A stretch of DNA of 64,000 nt from an uncultured virus (IMG/VR IMGVR_UViG_3300021197_000608) (IMGVR_UViG_3300021197_000608); one strand, 5' to 3'; numbered from the stretch's first letter, positions 1-9,588 are shown. Numbers and translations: made by a program. Notes: generated by a model not told the origin, from the sequence alone.

Positions 1-115
1 ACCCATCAATTACATCAAGTGCATCCGAAAATGATTGTGCATCAGAAGATGCATCACTGGTCACTTCGTCAACGAACCTAGTATAATCCAAGAGGAAGTT
101 TTTATCTATTACCAT
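1..115 (-). CDS. mazG: MazG-like nucleoside triphosphate pyrophosphohydrolase, N-terminal part only (runs off the window)
   Basis: Manual translation MVIDKNFLLDYTRFVDEVTSDASSDAQSFSDALDVIDG resembles the N-terminus of marine myophage MazG (Y..FVD.VTSDAS.D). Its ATG overlaps the guaC stop (TAATG). The catalytic part is not in the window. Confidence 0.65.
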   Translation of the reverse strand, partial: MVIDKNFLLDYTRFVDEVTSDASSDAQSFSDALDVIDG

Positions 116-1200
116 TATGATTCTCCAAAAATTGTGTTATGAGTAGTATATACTTTAACAAATGTTGTACACTTTGTCAAGTCTTTTATTCGTCTTGCTC
201 CAACATATGTGCATGTTGATCTGATGCCCCCCAATATAGAATGCACAGTAGTTCCAATACTTCCTCTGTAGGGAACAATGACTTCTTTACCTTCTGCGGC
301 TCTGTAGTTTTTAAGTCCACCGAAATGTTTTTCATTTGCAGTCTCCGAGCTCATACCGTAGAACTTAACTCCTACTGGTATTGGATTATCATCTTCCAAT
401 ATATATTCTCCCCCACCTTCATCATGTCCTGAGAGCATTCCACCGAGCATGACGAAATCTGCACCGCCTCCAAGAGCCTTTGCAATATCTCCTGAGTTTG
501 TGCAACCACCGTCAGCGATGATATGACCACCCAAACCATGAGCAGCATCAGCACACTCAATAACAGACGATAACTGAGGATACCCAACACCAGTTTGAAT
601 ACGAGTAGTACACACACTGCCAGGCCCAATACCACACTTAACGATATCTGCTCCATTTAAAATTAACTCCTGTGTCATATCACCAGTAACTACATTGCCT
701 GCTATGATAACAAGTTCTGGATGATTCAATCTTAGTTGGTAAATAAAGTTACTAAACATTTCAGTATAGCCATTTGCAACATCTACACAGAGATACTTAA
801 TCGCTCCATCAGTCATTTCATATACATGTCTAAACTTCTTCAAATCTTCATCAGATGTACCAATAGACATAGCAACATTCTGTCTACGATCATATGCAAG
901 GTCATCTTCTAGACAATGAAAGAATGCAACTAGTTCAGCAAATGTATAAGTCTTTACCAGACATGTAAATATGTTGTGTTTTGCAAGTTCATCTGCAACT
1001 TCAAATGTACCTACACCATCCATGTTTGATGCCATGATAGGGATACCAATATATTCCTTTGGTAATCCCTTACTATCTTTTGCATTTCTAAATTTTGTAC
1101 TACGAAACAAATCTACCTCTTTACGAGATTTGAGTGTTGAACGCTTTGGGCGTATCAACACATTAGAAAAGTCTAGTTTAAAATCTTCTTCGATTTGCAT
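115..1200 (-). CDS. guaC: GMP reductase
   Basis: Motifs LDFSNVLIRPKRSTLKSR, SNMDGVGTF, DVANGY, GIGPGSVCTTR (catalytic Cys), ADGG, FYGMSS, YRAAEGK. Start moved to ATG 1200, which overlaps the upstream stop (TAATG). Confidence 0.95.
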   Translation of the reverse strand: MQIEEDFKLDFSNVLIRPKRSTLKSRKEVDLFRSTKFRNAKDSKGLPKEYIGIPIMASNMDGVGTFEVADELAKHNIFTCLVKTYTFAELVAFFHCLEDDLAYDRRQNVAMSIGTSDEDLKKFRHVYEMTDGAIKYLCVDVANGYTEMFSNFIYQLRLNHPELVIIAGNVVTGDMTQELILNGADIVKCGIGPGSVCTTRIQTGVGYPQLSSVIECADAAHGLGGHIIADGGCTNSGDIAKALGGGADFVMLGGMLSGHDEGGGEYILEDDNPIPVGVKFYGMSSETANEKHFGGLKNYRAAEGKEVIVPYRGSIGTTVHSILGGIRSTCTYVGARRIKDLTKCTTFVKVYTTHNTIFGES

Positions 1201-1505
1201 TAGCTTACAAGTCCTTGTAATCCTTTTTGTGGAATCGCTAGTCCACTCGTTTGCGAAACCCATCCATTTGCAATTTCAGTAGCTGTTTCAATCACAAACA
1301 AGACTCCGTTCTTTGCAAACTGAACATTACTCTTTGGTTCTTGGCCGGTCATGCAAATTCCATTTACAAGTCCAACTCCTTTTTCTGTTACTTGAACAAG
1401 TCTTGGTTTATAGATGGTATAATTTACCATATCATCTACCACATATTTCCCAACGACTTCCATACCGTTAGAAAAAACTAATGTTATAATATCATTTTCT
1501 TTCAT
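1200..1505 (-). CDS. Conserved phage hypothetical protein, possibly Sm-like fold
   Basis: ORF with AGAGGA RBS before ATG 1505. N-terminus IITLVFSNGMEVVGK resembles that of 17756..18142. Confidence 0.6.
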   Translation of the reverse strand: MKENDIITLVFSNGMEVVGKYVVDDMVNYTIYKPRLVQVTEKGVGLVNGICMTGQEPKSNVQFAKNGVLFVIETATEIANGWVSQTSGLAIPQKGLQGLVS

Positions 1506-1506
1506 T

Positions 1507-2805
1507 TTATTCCTCTTTAGTTCCATCTGAAGTTAGTGTAGGAAGATATTCAATCTTCCAATTGATACCTAGTTTATTAAAAATCAACTTGAACTCTGGT
1601 CTGTGAGCTGGAAGTTTTTTGTTAAACCAGTTATCCTCATAGTCAACATTATCTGGTGATGGATGGTGAATATACAGAATGAAGTTTTTCTTCTTTGGAT
1701 AATTCTGTAATACACGAGCAATAATTTTATTCCAATCAAACTTACCAGAAGTCATTGCCATAGTGAATGTATTTTTATCTCTATGTTCCTCAAGTCTTGC
1801 TTCAAGTTGTTGCGACCAATCATCTGAACTCCAATCAATCCAAACTTTACCCATAAGATTGTTTTCTTGCTTTAACATATCTTTTTTGGTAGTCTTGATA
1901 AGTCCAGTAACTTGATTACTAGTCATGTAAAATCTATCTTTCAACCAAGTCTTATTGATAAGTGAATCTACAGGAATTTTCTTATTGAAGTACCGACTAA
2001 GAAGTTGTTTCTTCAAATCATTATCTTCAGTTGGTTTTCTAAAGTTCTTGTGTCTTGGATTAAGCATCAATCCCAAACCTTCAAGGTCAGTTTGATCAAA
2101 CTTTTCCCAAATAGATTTTGGAATAATCATGGTTGGAACTTCAGCTGTTTTACCAACTTTAGATTTAGAAATACCTTTCCTTGAGTGATTACCATTAATT
2201 ACACGATGTTTTCCAACACCATCATAATCTTCTAATACATGACAAAGATAATTATCTTTAATGTAATTCTCATCACCCCAATTATCATTAACCTTATCTG
2301 TAATATTCTTTACATGTTTTGTATCATCTTCAAGTCGTACTTGAATTCTCTTATAACTCATTAAAGTTGTAATCAAAACATTTTGAATACAATAACTAAG
2401 ATCACCATTTAAGATTGAATCATAAAGATCCTCAATGGATGAAAAAGAAGCAATTGCATGGATACCACCACCATTGCTCTTATTATAATAATCTGAATTA
2501 TCTTTCGCATTCACTTCAACTAGCATTTCACGCTCCTTTGTTGCCATATCAATATTGTAACCATAATCTAAAATCTCATATATTATCTTTGAAGCTTTTG
2601 ATAAATCTCTTGCAAAGATAGGACACTCACTAGAAAAGAAGTATGTTCCATCATAAGGTTTACTTCTATAACCAATGTATATTTTATTAGTGTCTACAAC
2701 TTTTATTTTATACAAATACCCTTCATAAGTTTCTGGTGGATTTGGAATAATTAGCTCTATTCTATCACTATTTTCTATCAATGTCAACCTCTTTTTGCCA
2801 AACAT
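1507..2805 (-). CDS. GIY-YIG (Seg-like) endonuclease domain fused to an uncharacterised, possibly ParB/Srx-like, domain
   Basis: GYLYKIKVVDTNKIYIG...EIL...KEREML...YYN matches the GIY-YIG pattern. Central RVINGNHSR resembles the ParB [IV].DGxHR motif. Confidence 0.6.
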   Translation of the reverse strand: MFGKKRLTLIENSDRIELIIPNPPETYEGYLYKIKVVDTNKIYIGYRSKPYDGTYFFSSECPIFARDLSKASKIIYEILDYGYNIDMATKEREMLVEVNAKDNSDYYNKSNGGGIHAIASFSSIEDLYDSILNGDLSYCIQNVLITTLMSYKRIQVRLEDDTKHVKNITDKVNDNWGDENYIKDNYLCHVLEDYDGVGKHRVINGNHSRKGISKSKVGKTAEVPTMIIPKSIWEKFDQTDLEGLGLMLNPRHKNFRKPTEDNDLKKQLLSRYFNKKIPVDSLINKTWLKDRFYMTSNQVTGLIKTTKKDMLKQENNLMGKVWIDWSSDDWSQQLEARLEEHRDKNTFTMAMTSGKFDWNKIIARVLQNYPKKKNFILYIHHPSPDNVDYEDNWFNKKLPAHRPEFKLIFNKLGINWKIEYLPTLTSDGTKEE

Positions 2806-3217
2806 TTCCAGGCATCTTACCGTTTGACCAAGTAATGTATCCTATATTTTTCATACCAACCTTTTCATAGAATCTATTTGCTGGTTTGTTTTCAGAACGA
2901 ACTGTAAGATAAACATCTGTTCCTACATGATCAAAATATTCTTTGATAACCTTTTCGGCATTACCACTTCCCTTAACTGAATTTACAATTTGATGAATCA
3001 TATGAGAACCAGCCTCAACACGAACATCTGTATCCTTACCAATCTTTCTTGTCTGTTGATAAACTTGTTGTGTTATCAACACACCATCTTGAAGAATAAC
3101 CTGACCCCAGTTTAATCTATTCTTTACATGAATGCTTCTCACATGAGGAAACCATTCTTTATTATTATTAAATATTTTCCAGACTTCATCAAAGTCATTT
3201 ATCGTAGCGTAATTCAA
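2768..3217 (-). CDS. GNAT-family acetyltransferase
   Basis: Motif A-like IHQIVNSVKGSGNA and motif B LTVRSENKPANRFYEKVGM. Confidence 0.8.
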   Translation of the reverse strand: MNYATINDFDEVWKIFNNNKEWFPHVRSIHVKNRLNWGQVILQDGVLITQQVYQQTRKIGKDTDVRVEAGSHMIHQIVNSVKGSGNAEKVIKEYFDHVGTDVYLTVRSENKPANRFYEKVGMKNIGYITWSNGKMPGNVWQKEVDIDRK

Positions 3218-4497
3218 AAGAAAGCCTCCAGTGTATTTACCTTAATATCTTTGAACAAATCAACTGAAGTGTCTTTACCAAAACACCAAACATTTTCCAT
3301 ATAAAGTTTGTTCATAAACTCATCCATTGCATCTTTATCAAAGTTACCTTCTTCATCTTTGAATACAGAAGCCCCCTGAGGGCGCTGCATAATTCTCATA
3401 CCAATCTGTCCTAAGAAGTTAGGACGAAGCATATCTACAAGTTCATCACCAGAACGATATCTTTTACCATGCACTTTTGGATCAAGAATATTTACAAGTA
3501 GTACACCCTTATCACTCAAAGAGTCAAAACTGTTTTGTGCAACTGGTAGATAAAAATCATCTCTCCAAGCTTCATATTCATTGAACTTTGCCCAAGATTG
3601 TAGTTCTTCTTTTTCTCCACCTTCATTGTATCTTTCTGTAGAAAAATATGGTGGTGAAGTAAATGCACAATCAACATTACTAATCTCATCCCAAGGCAAA
3701 TCTTCTGCACCACAATTATAAATTTGAACAGTCTTCTTACCACGACTTCTATCGTAAATCTGGTCATAGAACTCAATCATTTTATGATATCGTTCAAACG
3801 TATTTGGATTAGGATCACAACCAATATAGTGTGTTGCGTTTGAGGCATAGAAACCTGTAAGTCTATCACCCCATCCCATAGATGTATCTAATACAGTTTT
3901 TGCACGAGACATTTCATAAATTGTTTTTGCAACAATAGGTTTGAACTGCGTTGCAATATAAGTTCCAAGTCGAAATGCCATTGTATAGGTTTTTGGTGAT
4001 AATTCTTTTGCATCATTGACACCTCTCCAAATAGGCCCAAATGCACCCCAAATATTATCACCATCTTCCCATCGTGTAACTGGTGCTTTGAAACCATAAG
4101 AACCACAACGCATACGCAAATCATTCATAAATGAATCTGCACAATAACTGAAACTAGATGGGCCGTCAATAAAACCTAGTCCACATTCTTTGTATGGATA
4201 TTTGTAGTCATCATACTTTTCAACAACTTCTTTTGTAGGAATGTTGATGTAGTCAGTGAAAGGCGCTTTCTCTAACTTACGAAAGTTTTCTATAATCTTT
4301 TGTTGTTCAAATTCTTTTAATGGGTATGGTGGTTTCTCTCTTGTGATGTATTCAGAAAGAGTAGAACGAAAAAGTTCCTTACCATACTTTTCTGTGGTAG
4401 AAATAAACAAAGATTTATTCATAACTGGCAGCCCATTTTTATCTGCACAGTTTCTTAGTAGTTCATATAGTTCTTCATTTATTTCTGTTTTACTCAT
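3214..4497 (-). CDS. DNA amino-methyltransferase (N4-C or N6-A)
   Basis: SAM-binding VLDTSMGWGDRL and YIGCDPN; catalytic FTSPPYF. Confidence 0.8.
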   Translation of the reverse strand: MSKTEINEELYELLRNCADKNGLPVMNKSLFISTTEKYGKELFRSTLSEYITREKPPYPLKEFEQQKIIENFRKLEKAPFTDYINIPTKEVVEKYDDYKYPYKECGLGFIDGPSSFSYCADSFMNDLRMRCGSYGFKAPVTRWEDGDNIWGAFGPIWRGVNDAKELSPKTYTMAFRLGTYIATQFKPIVAKTIYEMSRAKTVLDTSMGWGDRLTGFYASNATHYIGCDPNPNTFERYHKMIEFYDQIYDRSRGKKTVQIYNCGAEDLPWDEISNVDCAFTSPPYFSTERYNEGGEKEELQSWAKFNEYEAWRDDFYLPVAQNSFDSLSDKGVLLVNILDPKVHGKRYRSGDELVDMLRPNFLGQIGMRIMQRPQGASVFKDEEGNFDKDAMDEFMNKLYMENVWCFGKDTSVDLFKDIKVNTLEAFF

Positions 4498-7019
4498 GTA
4501 AAAAAGTCCTCAAGTGTCATTTGTGTTCCATAGGAACGGTCAATATTCCATCCGATTTGATTCATAATAAAAGTCAAAGGTTCTACGAATGCTTTCTCGA
4601 ACTGCTTATCATAGTCCAAATAGTGATGAATGTCAAGTTCTTTTGGAAGTTTAGTAAAGAATGAAATCACATTTGATTGCATTCGATTGGGTGTTCTCAT
4701 ATTAAGAAACTTAATCTTATCACCCTCTTGAATTAGAGGATACTTGTTTGTTAGTTTCTGTTGTCTACAAAAGTGATTGTATAACAATGCACCTTTACAA
4801 TGCATAGGAGCACCTTTAGAAAATATATTTGCACCGTCACTCCATTTACCAAGTCCATTAACGGAACGAGGAAATGCAATCTCTTCTGGTGACAGATTCA
4901 TAAACTCTTCACGAAACTCTTGGATAAAGTCGTTTACATCTTTTTCTGTACCTTGCATGATAATCTTTAGACATTCTTTAATCTTCTCACGACAAGGTGC
5001 TGGTGTAGATGATTTGACAGCCTCAATTCCCATAATCTTGAGTTGTGGTTCTTGATATCGAACACCTTCAACATCCCATGCATTAAGAATGTAACGCTTC
5101 TTTGCAGTCCAGATACCTTTGTCTGCAATCACCTCACGTTTCATCTGCATCTTTTGATCGTATGCGTTTAGGTATGTAGCAAGAGCCTGATAACTCTTAT
5201 CAATAAAAGGTTCGATTTTCTCCTTAGCCACTGTGTCGAGGAAGTCCACGGCCCTCCCACGATATGAATCCTCCGATTCGTCTGTTCTCTTTTCAAGCAC
5301 ACTATCAACCAACCTGTCAAAAGTAATATATACCGAGTCTGTATCCGATGCAATAACATAATCAACTCCATTTGTGTTTAATATTTTGTTTAGGTAAAGA
5401 TTTAGAGATTTCTCAATCCACCTAATAGATAGTTGTCCAGAGGTAGTAATACCTTCTGCAATACGCAAGTCATAGTAACGAAACCATTCATTACCAATTG
5501 CACCATAGGCAGAGTTTAGAGAAATCTTACGAGCCATTTGAATGTTCTGAAACTTAGATACATCCTTGAGAAACTTAGGATCTTTGGTATCTTCATATTG
5601 TTGTTTCGCCTTCAACATCTTTTTCTTGTAGATGGTTCTATCATCATACTGTGACTGCATCATCTCTGGCAAAAACCCTTGGTACTTTTTGTGGAACATA
5701 GCACCATTTGGAGTGAAAGCAATATCAGTTGGAATATTTGATTTGTCTACATTTTGAGAGAGTAGTGCGTCAACAGGTGTATCACCAAAGTCAAGTTTTC
5801 CATTCAACAAAGTCTCTGGTGATAAGTTGTATTGCATAATCAAGTGTGGATATAGAGAGTTCAAATCAAAAGATAGAACCCACTTGTGTTGTCCAACTTG
5901 AGGCTCTTTGACATATGCACCAACATACTTTTCTGATTTTAATACACCACGTTTCTGTGGTATTGCAATCTTCTTGTTTCTAAGATGATTATAAATCATA
6001 ATATCCCAATACTTAACAGACGTAAATGAATCAGATATATTAACCTTAGCTTCATACGTCATAGTCAATATCAAGTCAATAAGTTTCATCTTGTCATCAA
6101 GTCTATCGACAAGTTCAACGTCTTGAATATTGTAGTCTAGGAATGATTGATAGTCTTTTGTATACCAATCACGAAATGTTTCGTATGGGTTTTCATCTTT
6201 ACGTTCACCAAGTTCTACAAACGCAATATGGTCAAGTCGATATGACTCTTGTGCAGAATAAGTAAACTTACGATAAAGTTGAAGATAGTCAACTTCCTCA
6301 ACACCCATGATATCATAAATCTGATCTTTCTTACCAAAGTTAGAGCCAACCATACGAGAGTTGACTACACCCCAAGGTGACAGACGTTTCATTACATCTT
6401 CACCAAGAACAGATTTAATACGATTACAAATATATGGAATATCAAAGAACTCTGTGTTCCAACCAGTGATAACATCTGGATAATCAGATTCCCACCACGA
6501 TACGAACTGAATTAAAAGTTCACGTTCATTCTGACACTTGATATACTGAACATCTTCTCTATCATTATGATAGTCATGTAATCCCCAAACCTTAATACGT
6601 CCTGTATCATGGTTTTTGATTGTAATTGATAACATAGGCTCAAGTGCTTGTTGAGCATGGGGAAACCCATTCTCACACTCAACCTCAATATCAATTGTAA
6701 CAATACGCATCTGCGAACTGTCAAACTCAATTTGTTTGGGATATTTGTCTGCAATGTATGTGTAAGGAAAGTTAGTCAACCCATACACTAGGTGGGGTTG
6801 ACTTTCGTATCTTTCTACGAATTCTTTTGCTTCTTTAATTGTAAGGAACTTCATAGGATTGACATTCTTGCCATCCAGTGTAGTCCATCCAGTTTCTTTT
6901 TGAACTGGTACGAAAAGAGTGGGTTCGTACTTTACTTTAAAGTTTGAACGAACACCATTCTCAACGGCACGAACAAGTAATTGATTACCCCATTGGGCAA
7001 CATGTGTGTAAAATCTCAT
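4494..7019 (-). CDS. g43: Family B DNA polymerase (T4 gp43)
   Basis: Exonuclease DIEVE, GWNTEFFDIPY, YNIQDV; polymerase SFDLNSLYPH, KISLNSAYG, ASDTDS, KKRY. Confidence 0.98.
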   Translation of the reverse strand: MRFYTHVAQWGNQLLVRAVENGVRSNFKVKYEPTLFVPVQKETGWTTLDGKNVNPMKFLTIKEAKEFVERYESQPHLVYGLTNFPYTYIADKYPKQIEFDSSQMRIVTIDIEVECENGFPHAQQALEPMLSITIKNHDTGRIKVWGLHDYHNDREDVQYIKCQNERELLIQFVSWWESDYPDVITGWNTEFFDIPYICNRIKSVLGEDVMKRLSPWGVVNSRMVGSNFGKKDQIYDIMGVEEVDYLQLYRKFTYSAQESYRLDHIAFVELGERKDENPYETFRDWYTKDYQSFLDYNIQDVELVDRLDDKMKLIDLILTMTYEAKVNISDSFTSVKYWDIMIYNHLRNKKIAIPQKRGVLKSEKYVGAYVKEPQVGQHKWVLSFDLNSLYPHLIMQYNLSPETLLNGKLDFGDTPVDALLSQNVDKSNIPTDIAFTPNGAMFHKKYQGFLPEMMQSQYDDRTIYKKKMLKAKQQYEDTKDPKFLKDVSKFQNIQMARKISLNSAYGAIGNEWFRYYDLRIAEGITTSGQLSIRWIEKSLNLYLNKILNTNGVDYVIASDTDSVYITFDRLVDSVLEKRTDESEDSYRGRAVDFLDTVAKEKIEPFIDKSYQALATYLNAYDQKMQMKREVIADKGIWTAKKRYILNAWDVEGVRYQEPQLKIMGIEAVKSSTPAPCREKIKECLKIIMQGTEKDVNDFIQEFREEFMNLSPEEIAFPRSVNGLGKWSDGANIFSKGAPMHCKGALLYNHFCRQQKLTNKYPLIQEGDKIKFLNMRTPNRMQSNVISFFTKLPKELDIHHYLDYDKQFEKAFVEPLTFIMNQIGWNIDRSYGTQMTLEDFFT

Positions 7020-7025
7020 AATGTA

Positions 7026-7054
7026 AATATACCACCATTAGGGGGGTTTGTCAA
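7026..7054 (-). promoter_or_regulatory. Sigma70-type promoter for gp43
   Basis: TTGACA-N17-TATATT with TG at the extended -10 position; ATG begins 7 nt after the -10 box. Confidence 0.8.
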
Positions 7055-7284
7055 GAGAAAAGAGGCATTTGATCTTCGTTACTAAAATACTTATCTAACA
7101 TCTCTAGTCTATCATTTGCAGTTGCAAGTTTATCCAACTCTGCCATAACTGCTTCAGTAATATCTGAATGTTCACCTATACCAGCAGGCATTGTCTGGTA
7201 TACTTTAATGTTCGCAATGTGGACTGCAACTTGTCCTTCTGCTTGTTTCCTTGCAGCTTGAAGTAGTGCTTCTCCAACCTTCAT
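7051..7284 (-). CDS. Conserved small hypothetical protein of marine T4-like phages
   Basis: ORF with AAGGAG RBS 7 nt upstream; GIGEHSDI motif. Confidence 0.7.
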   Translation of the reverse strand: MKVGEALLQAARKQAEGQVAVHIANIKVYQTMPAGIGEHSDITEAVMAELDKLATANDRLEMLDKYFSNEDQMPLFS

Positions 7285-7286
7285 TA

Positions 7287-8633
7287 TCATTCTCCTTGTT
7301 TTGTTGTCAAGATAAATTTCTTCTGAGGGTCTACCATAACATTCATTGATGTCATAGCAAACCTATTCAAAAGAACATCAGTTGCCATTTCACTTCTATC
7401 ATCAAGGCCAAACATCAACTGATAACTGTGACCCATGAATTCTACATCTAACTGAACAACAGGCCTATCGTCAAGACCAGCACCTGTTTTTGCCTTGTAT
7501 TCTTTTACAAAGTCGGTGGTAATAGTTTTACCGTTTAGTGTGAATGTAATCTTCTTATTGTTTATCTTTATACCTTCAGCATGTAACACTGACAAGGCAC
7601 TGTTGCCTGTATCAAACTTAGTTTCAATTTCACCAAATGATTTTATATCAACCATCTCGTGATATCCACATCTGACAGGAACAGAATATCTCTTATCTAT
7701 ATTTCTATAGTGTTCTAAAACTTTCTTTGCAATATTTAAACCAGAGTTAGCTTCTTCAATACCATCTGTGCCTGGTGAACTATTTACTTCTAGAAAATAT
7801 GGTTGTCCTTTATATGGAATAAAGTCAACTGCAACAAAGTCGCCATCAACTGCTTTTGCAGCAATTAGACATTGACGTATTTCTTCTGGTGATAGTTCAT
7901 ACGATTGTACATTGCCACCCTGTGTATAGTTACTTCTAAAATCACCTTCAATAACTTCTCTTTTCATTGTTCCAATAATTTCTGAACCAGCAATAACTAC
8001 ACGAACATCAAAATCCGTTTTAATATATTCTTGAATAAGAATATCTGTGTCTGGATCTTGTTTGTAAACTAATTGTACTAGGGAATCTAATGCACGTTTT
8101 GACTCAACAAATAGAACACCGACACCGCCTGCACCCCTAAGTGTTTTAAGGATGATAGGAAACTTTGTATCCAGTTCTTCTAGTGCAGTATCTATATCAT
8201 CTTCTGTAGGAACTAATACAGTCTTTGGTTGATTCAATCTAAAATCTTTTAAACGAACATAACTACGATACTTGTCAGCACAAATACTAATGGTAGTTCT
8301 ACTATTAATACAAGTACAACCAATTCTTTCCAATTCAGAAATCAAGTCAAGATGACTATCTCTTGTTGGTGTTCCTCTAACAAACACAACGGTATTCTTG
8401 GAAATAATTTCCATACTGTTGTCTTTATTTTTTAGGGAATACTTACCATCATCAAAAGTCAGTGATGCACCTTTGAAGTCTGATAAGAAAACTTCCATAC
8501 CCATTCTCTGGGCCTGTTTCTCAAACTTTTTTGCAGTGATAGACTTATCACCATGTTCAACTGTGAGAATAACTACCTTGTAGTTTTCTTCATTTTTTTC
8601 TTCTGTAATAAAATCTGAGAACGACTGTGCCAA
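7287..8633 (-). CDS. rimK: RimK-like ATP-grasp ligase fused to a C-terminal retropepsin-like (RimB-like) aspartic protease domain
   Basis: ATP-grasp motifs PIILKTLRGAGGVGV, IQEYI, DVRVVI, FRSNYTQGG, VDFI, LEVNSSPG. C-terminal KFDTGN...RPVV...DRSEM...LLNR. Start placed at in-frame TTG 8633, immediately after the regA stop. Confidence 0.85.
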   Translation of the reverse strand: MAQSFSDFITEEKNEENYKVVILTVEHGDKSITAKKFEKQAQRMGMEVFLSDFKGASLTFDDGKYSLKNKDNSMEIISKNTVVFVRGTPTRDSHLDLISELERIGCTCINSRTTISICADKYRSYVRLKDFRLNQPKTVLVPTEDDIDTALEELDTKFPIILKTLRGAGGVGVLFVESKRALDSLVQLVYKQDPDTDILIQEYIKTDFDVRVVIAGSEIIGTMKREVIEGDFRSNYTQGGNVQSYELSPEEIRQCLIAAKAVDGDFVAVDFIPYKGQPYFLEVNSSPGTDGIEEANSGLNIAKKVLEHYRNIDKRYSVPVRCGYHEMVDIKSFGEIETKFDTGNSALSVLHAEGIKINNKKITFTLNGKTITTDFVKEYKAKTGAGLDDRPVVQLDVEFMGHSYQLMFGLDDRSEMATDVLLNRFAMTSMNVMVDPQKKFILTTKQGE

Positions 8634-8634
8634 A

Positions 8635-9039
8635 CTAAGCTTCTCTCTTTTTTCCAATGTTGTATTTTGTTTCCAAAACCCACTCATCTTTTTCTTTGAA
8701 GGCAATCACTTTAATTTGTGACAAAGGAGCCTTTGGATCTGCATCCCCAACAATTTCTACCAATCCCCAATCACCAAGTAATCCAGCAATAGAGTTACGT
8801 CTTGATACATCATTTTCGTTTAGGTTTGTATCCTTACCATCAAGAGCAAAGAGTTCCTTAAAATGGACAATGTAATATTTGCCTTGTTTATGTAGTATAT
8901 GACAAGACTGATATAATTTTCTCTCTTTACGAGAGGCGACACCTATTCTAGATAGTGTCTCACGAACCTTTAAAAAGTCATCTGGTTCTTTAAGTTTTAC
9001 TTCTAGCATCGACTCTGGATGCCATTCAATTTCATTCAT
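8635..9039 (-). CDS. regA: Translational repressor RegA
   Basis: PDDFLKVRETLSRIG, LYQSCHILHKQGKYYIVHFKELFALDG; canonical position after gp62. Confidence 0.97.
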   Translation of the reverse strand: MNEIEWHPESMLEVKLKEPDDFLKVRETLSRIGVASRKERKLYQSCHILHKQGKYYIVHFKELFALDGKDTNLNENDVSRRNSIAGLLGDWGLVEIVGDADPKAPLSQIKVIAFKEKDEWVLETKYNIGKKREA

Positions 9040-9425
9040 TTTCTTCCACCTTTATTCAAACTATTTTTAATAGTGGTTATCTGGTCATCATTTAGTATTG
9101 ATAATGCTTGTTTGGCCTTCTCATTACTATAACCATAATATTCTTTTACATACTCTAAGTTTTTCAACTTATCCGCTTTCACCCAAGGAGCATATCTTTT
9201 CTTAGGTCTAATAGTATTTAGTAAAAAGTTATATTGTAGTTTTGTGTCAAGGTGGTGACGCATATTCATCTCATTTACTAACATAATAGTGTCATTGAAT
9301 GGTGCAACACACTTATTGATAATAAATGGATAATATTTCTTTTCCCACATAGGATCATCTGTTTCCATCAGATTTTCCTTTGTGAGATTGATTGAGTTTA
9401 GATATTCTTTTAATTCATAAGCCAT
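9036..9425 (-). CDS. g62: Clamp loader small subunit (gp62)
   Basis: YLNSIN, YPFIINK, EYYGYSNEKAKQAL; lies between gp44 and regA. Start ATG 9425 is coupled to the upstream stop. Confidence 0.92.
   Translation of the reverse strand: MAYELKEYLNSINLTKENLMETDDPMWEKKYYPFIINKCVAPFNDTIMLVNEMNMRHHLDTKLQYNFLLNTIRPKKRYAPWVKADKLKNLEYVKEYYGYSNEKAKQALSILNDDQITTIKNSLNKGGRK
9215..9222 (-). promoter_or_regulatory. Possible late promoter (ACTAAATA variant) inside gp62, upstream of regA and rimK
   Basis: Same octamer as found upstream of gp20 and several fibre genes, but intragenic, so a chance match is possible. Confidence 0.4.
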
Positions 9426-9583
9426 TACCAAATACCTAGTATTTTAGCGTTGCCAAGAATAATAAACAAACAGGTAGTGATATGAAGTGATATCCATATT
9501 GTTCTAATAACAAGCATAGGTTTATCATATGGTTCTGTCTTATCATCAGAGTAAGAACCTAATGTATATTGCCAAAGTTTCAT
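9425..9583 (-). CDS. Small (52 aa) predicted membrane protein, absent from the ORF track
   Basis: Manual translation MKLWQYTLGSYSDDKTEPYDKPMLVIRTIWISLHITTCLFIILGNAKILGIW. It fills the gp44-gp62 gap and its TAA overlaps the gp62 ATG. Confidence 0.75.
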   Translation of the reverse strand: MKLWQYTLGSYSDDKTEPYDKPMLVIRTIWISLHITTCLFIILGNAKILGIW

Positions 9584-9588
9584 TATAC

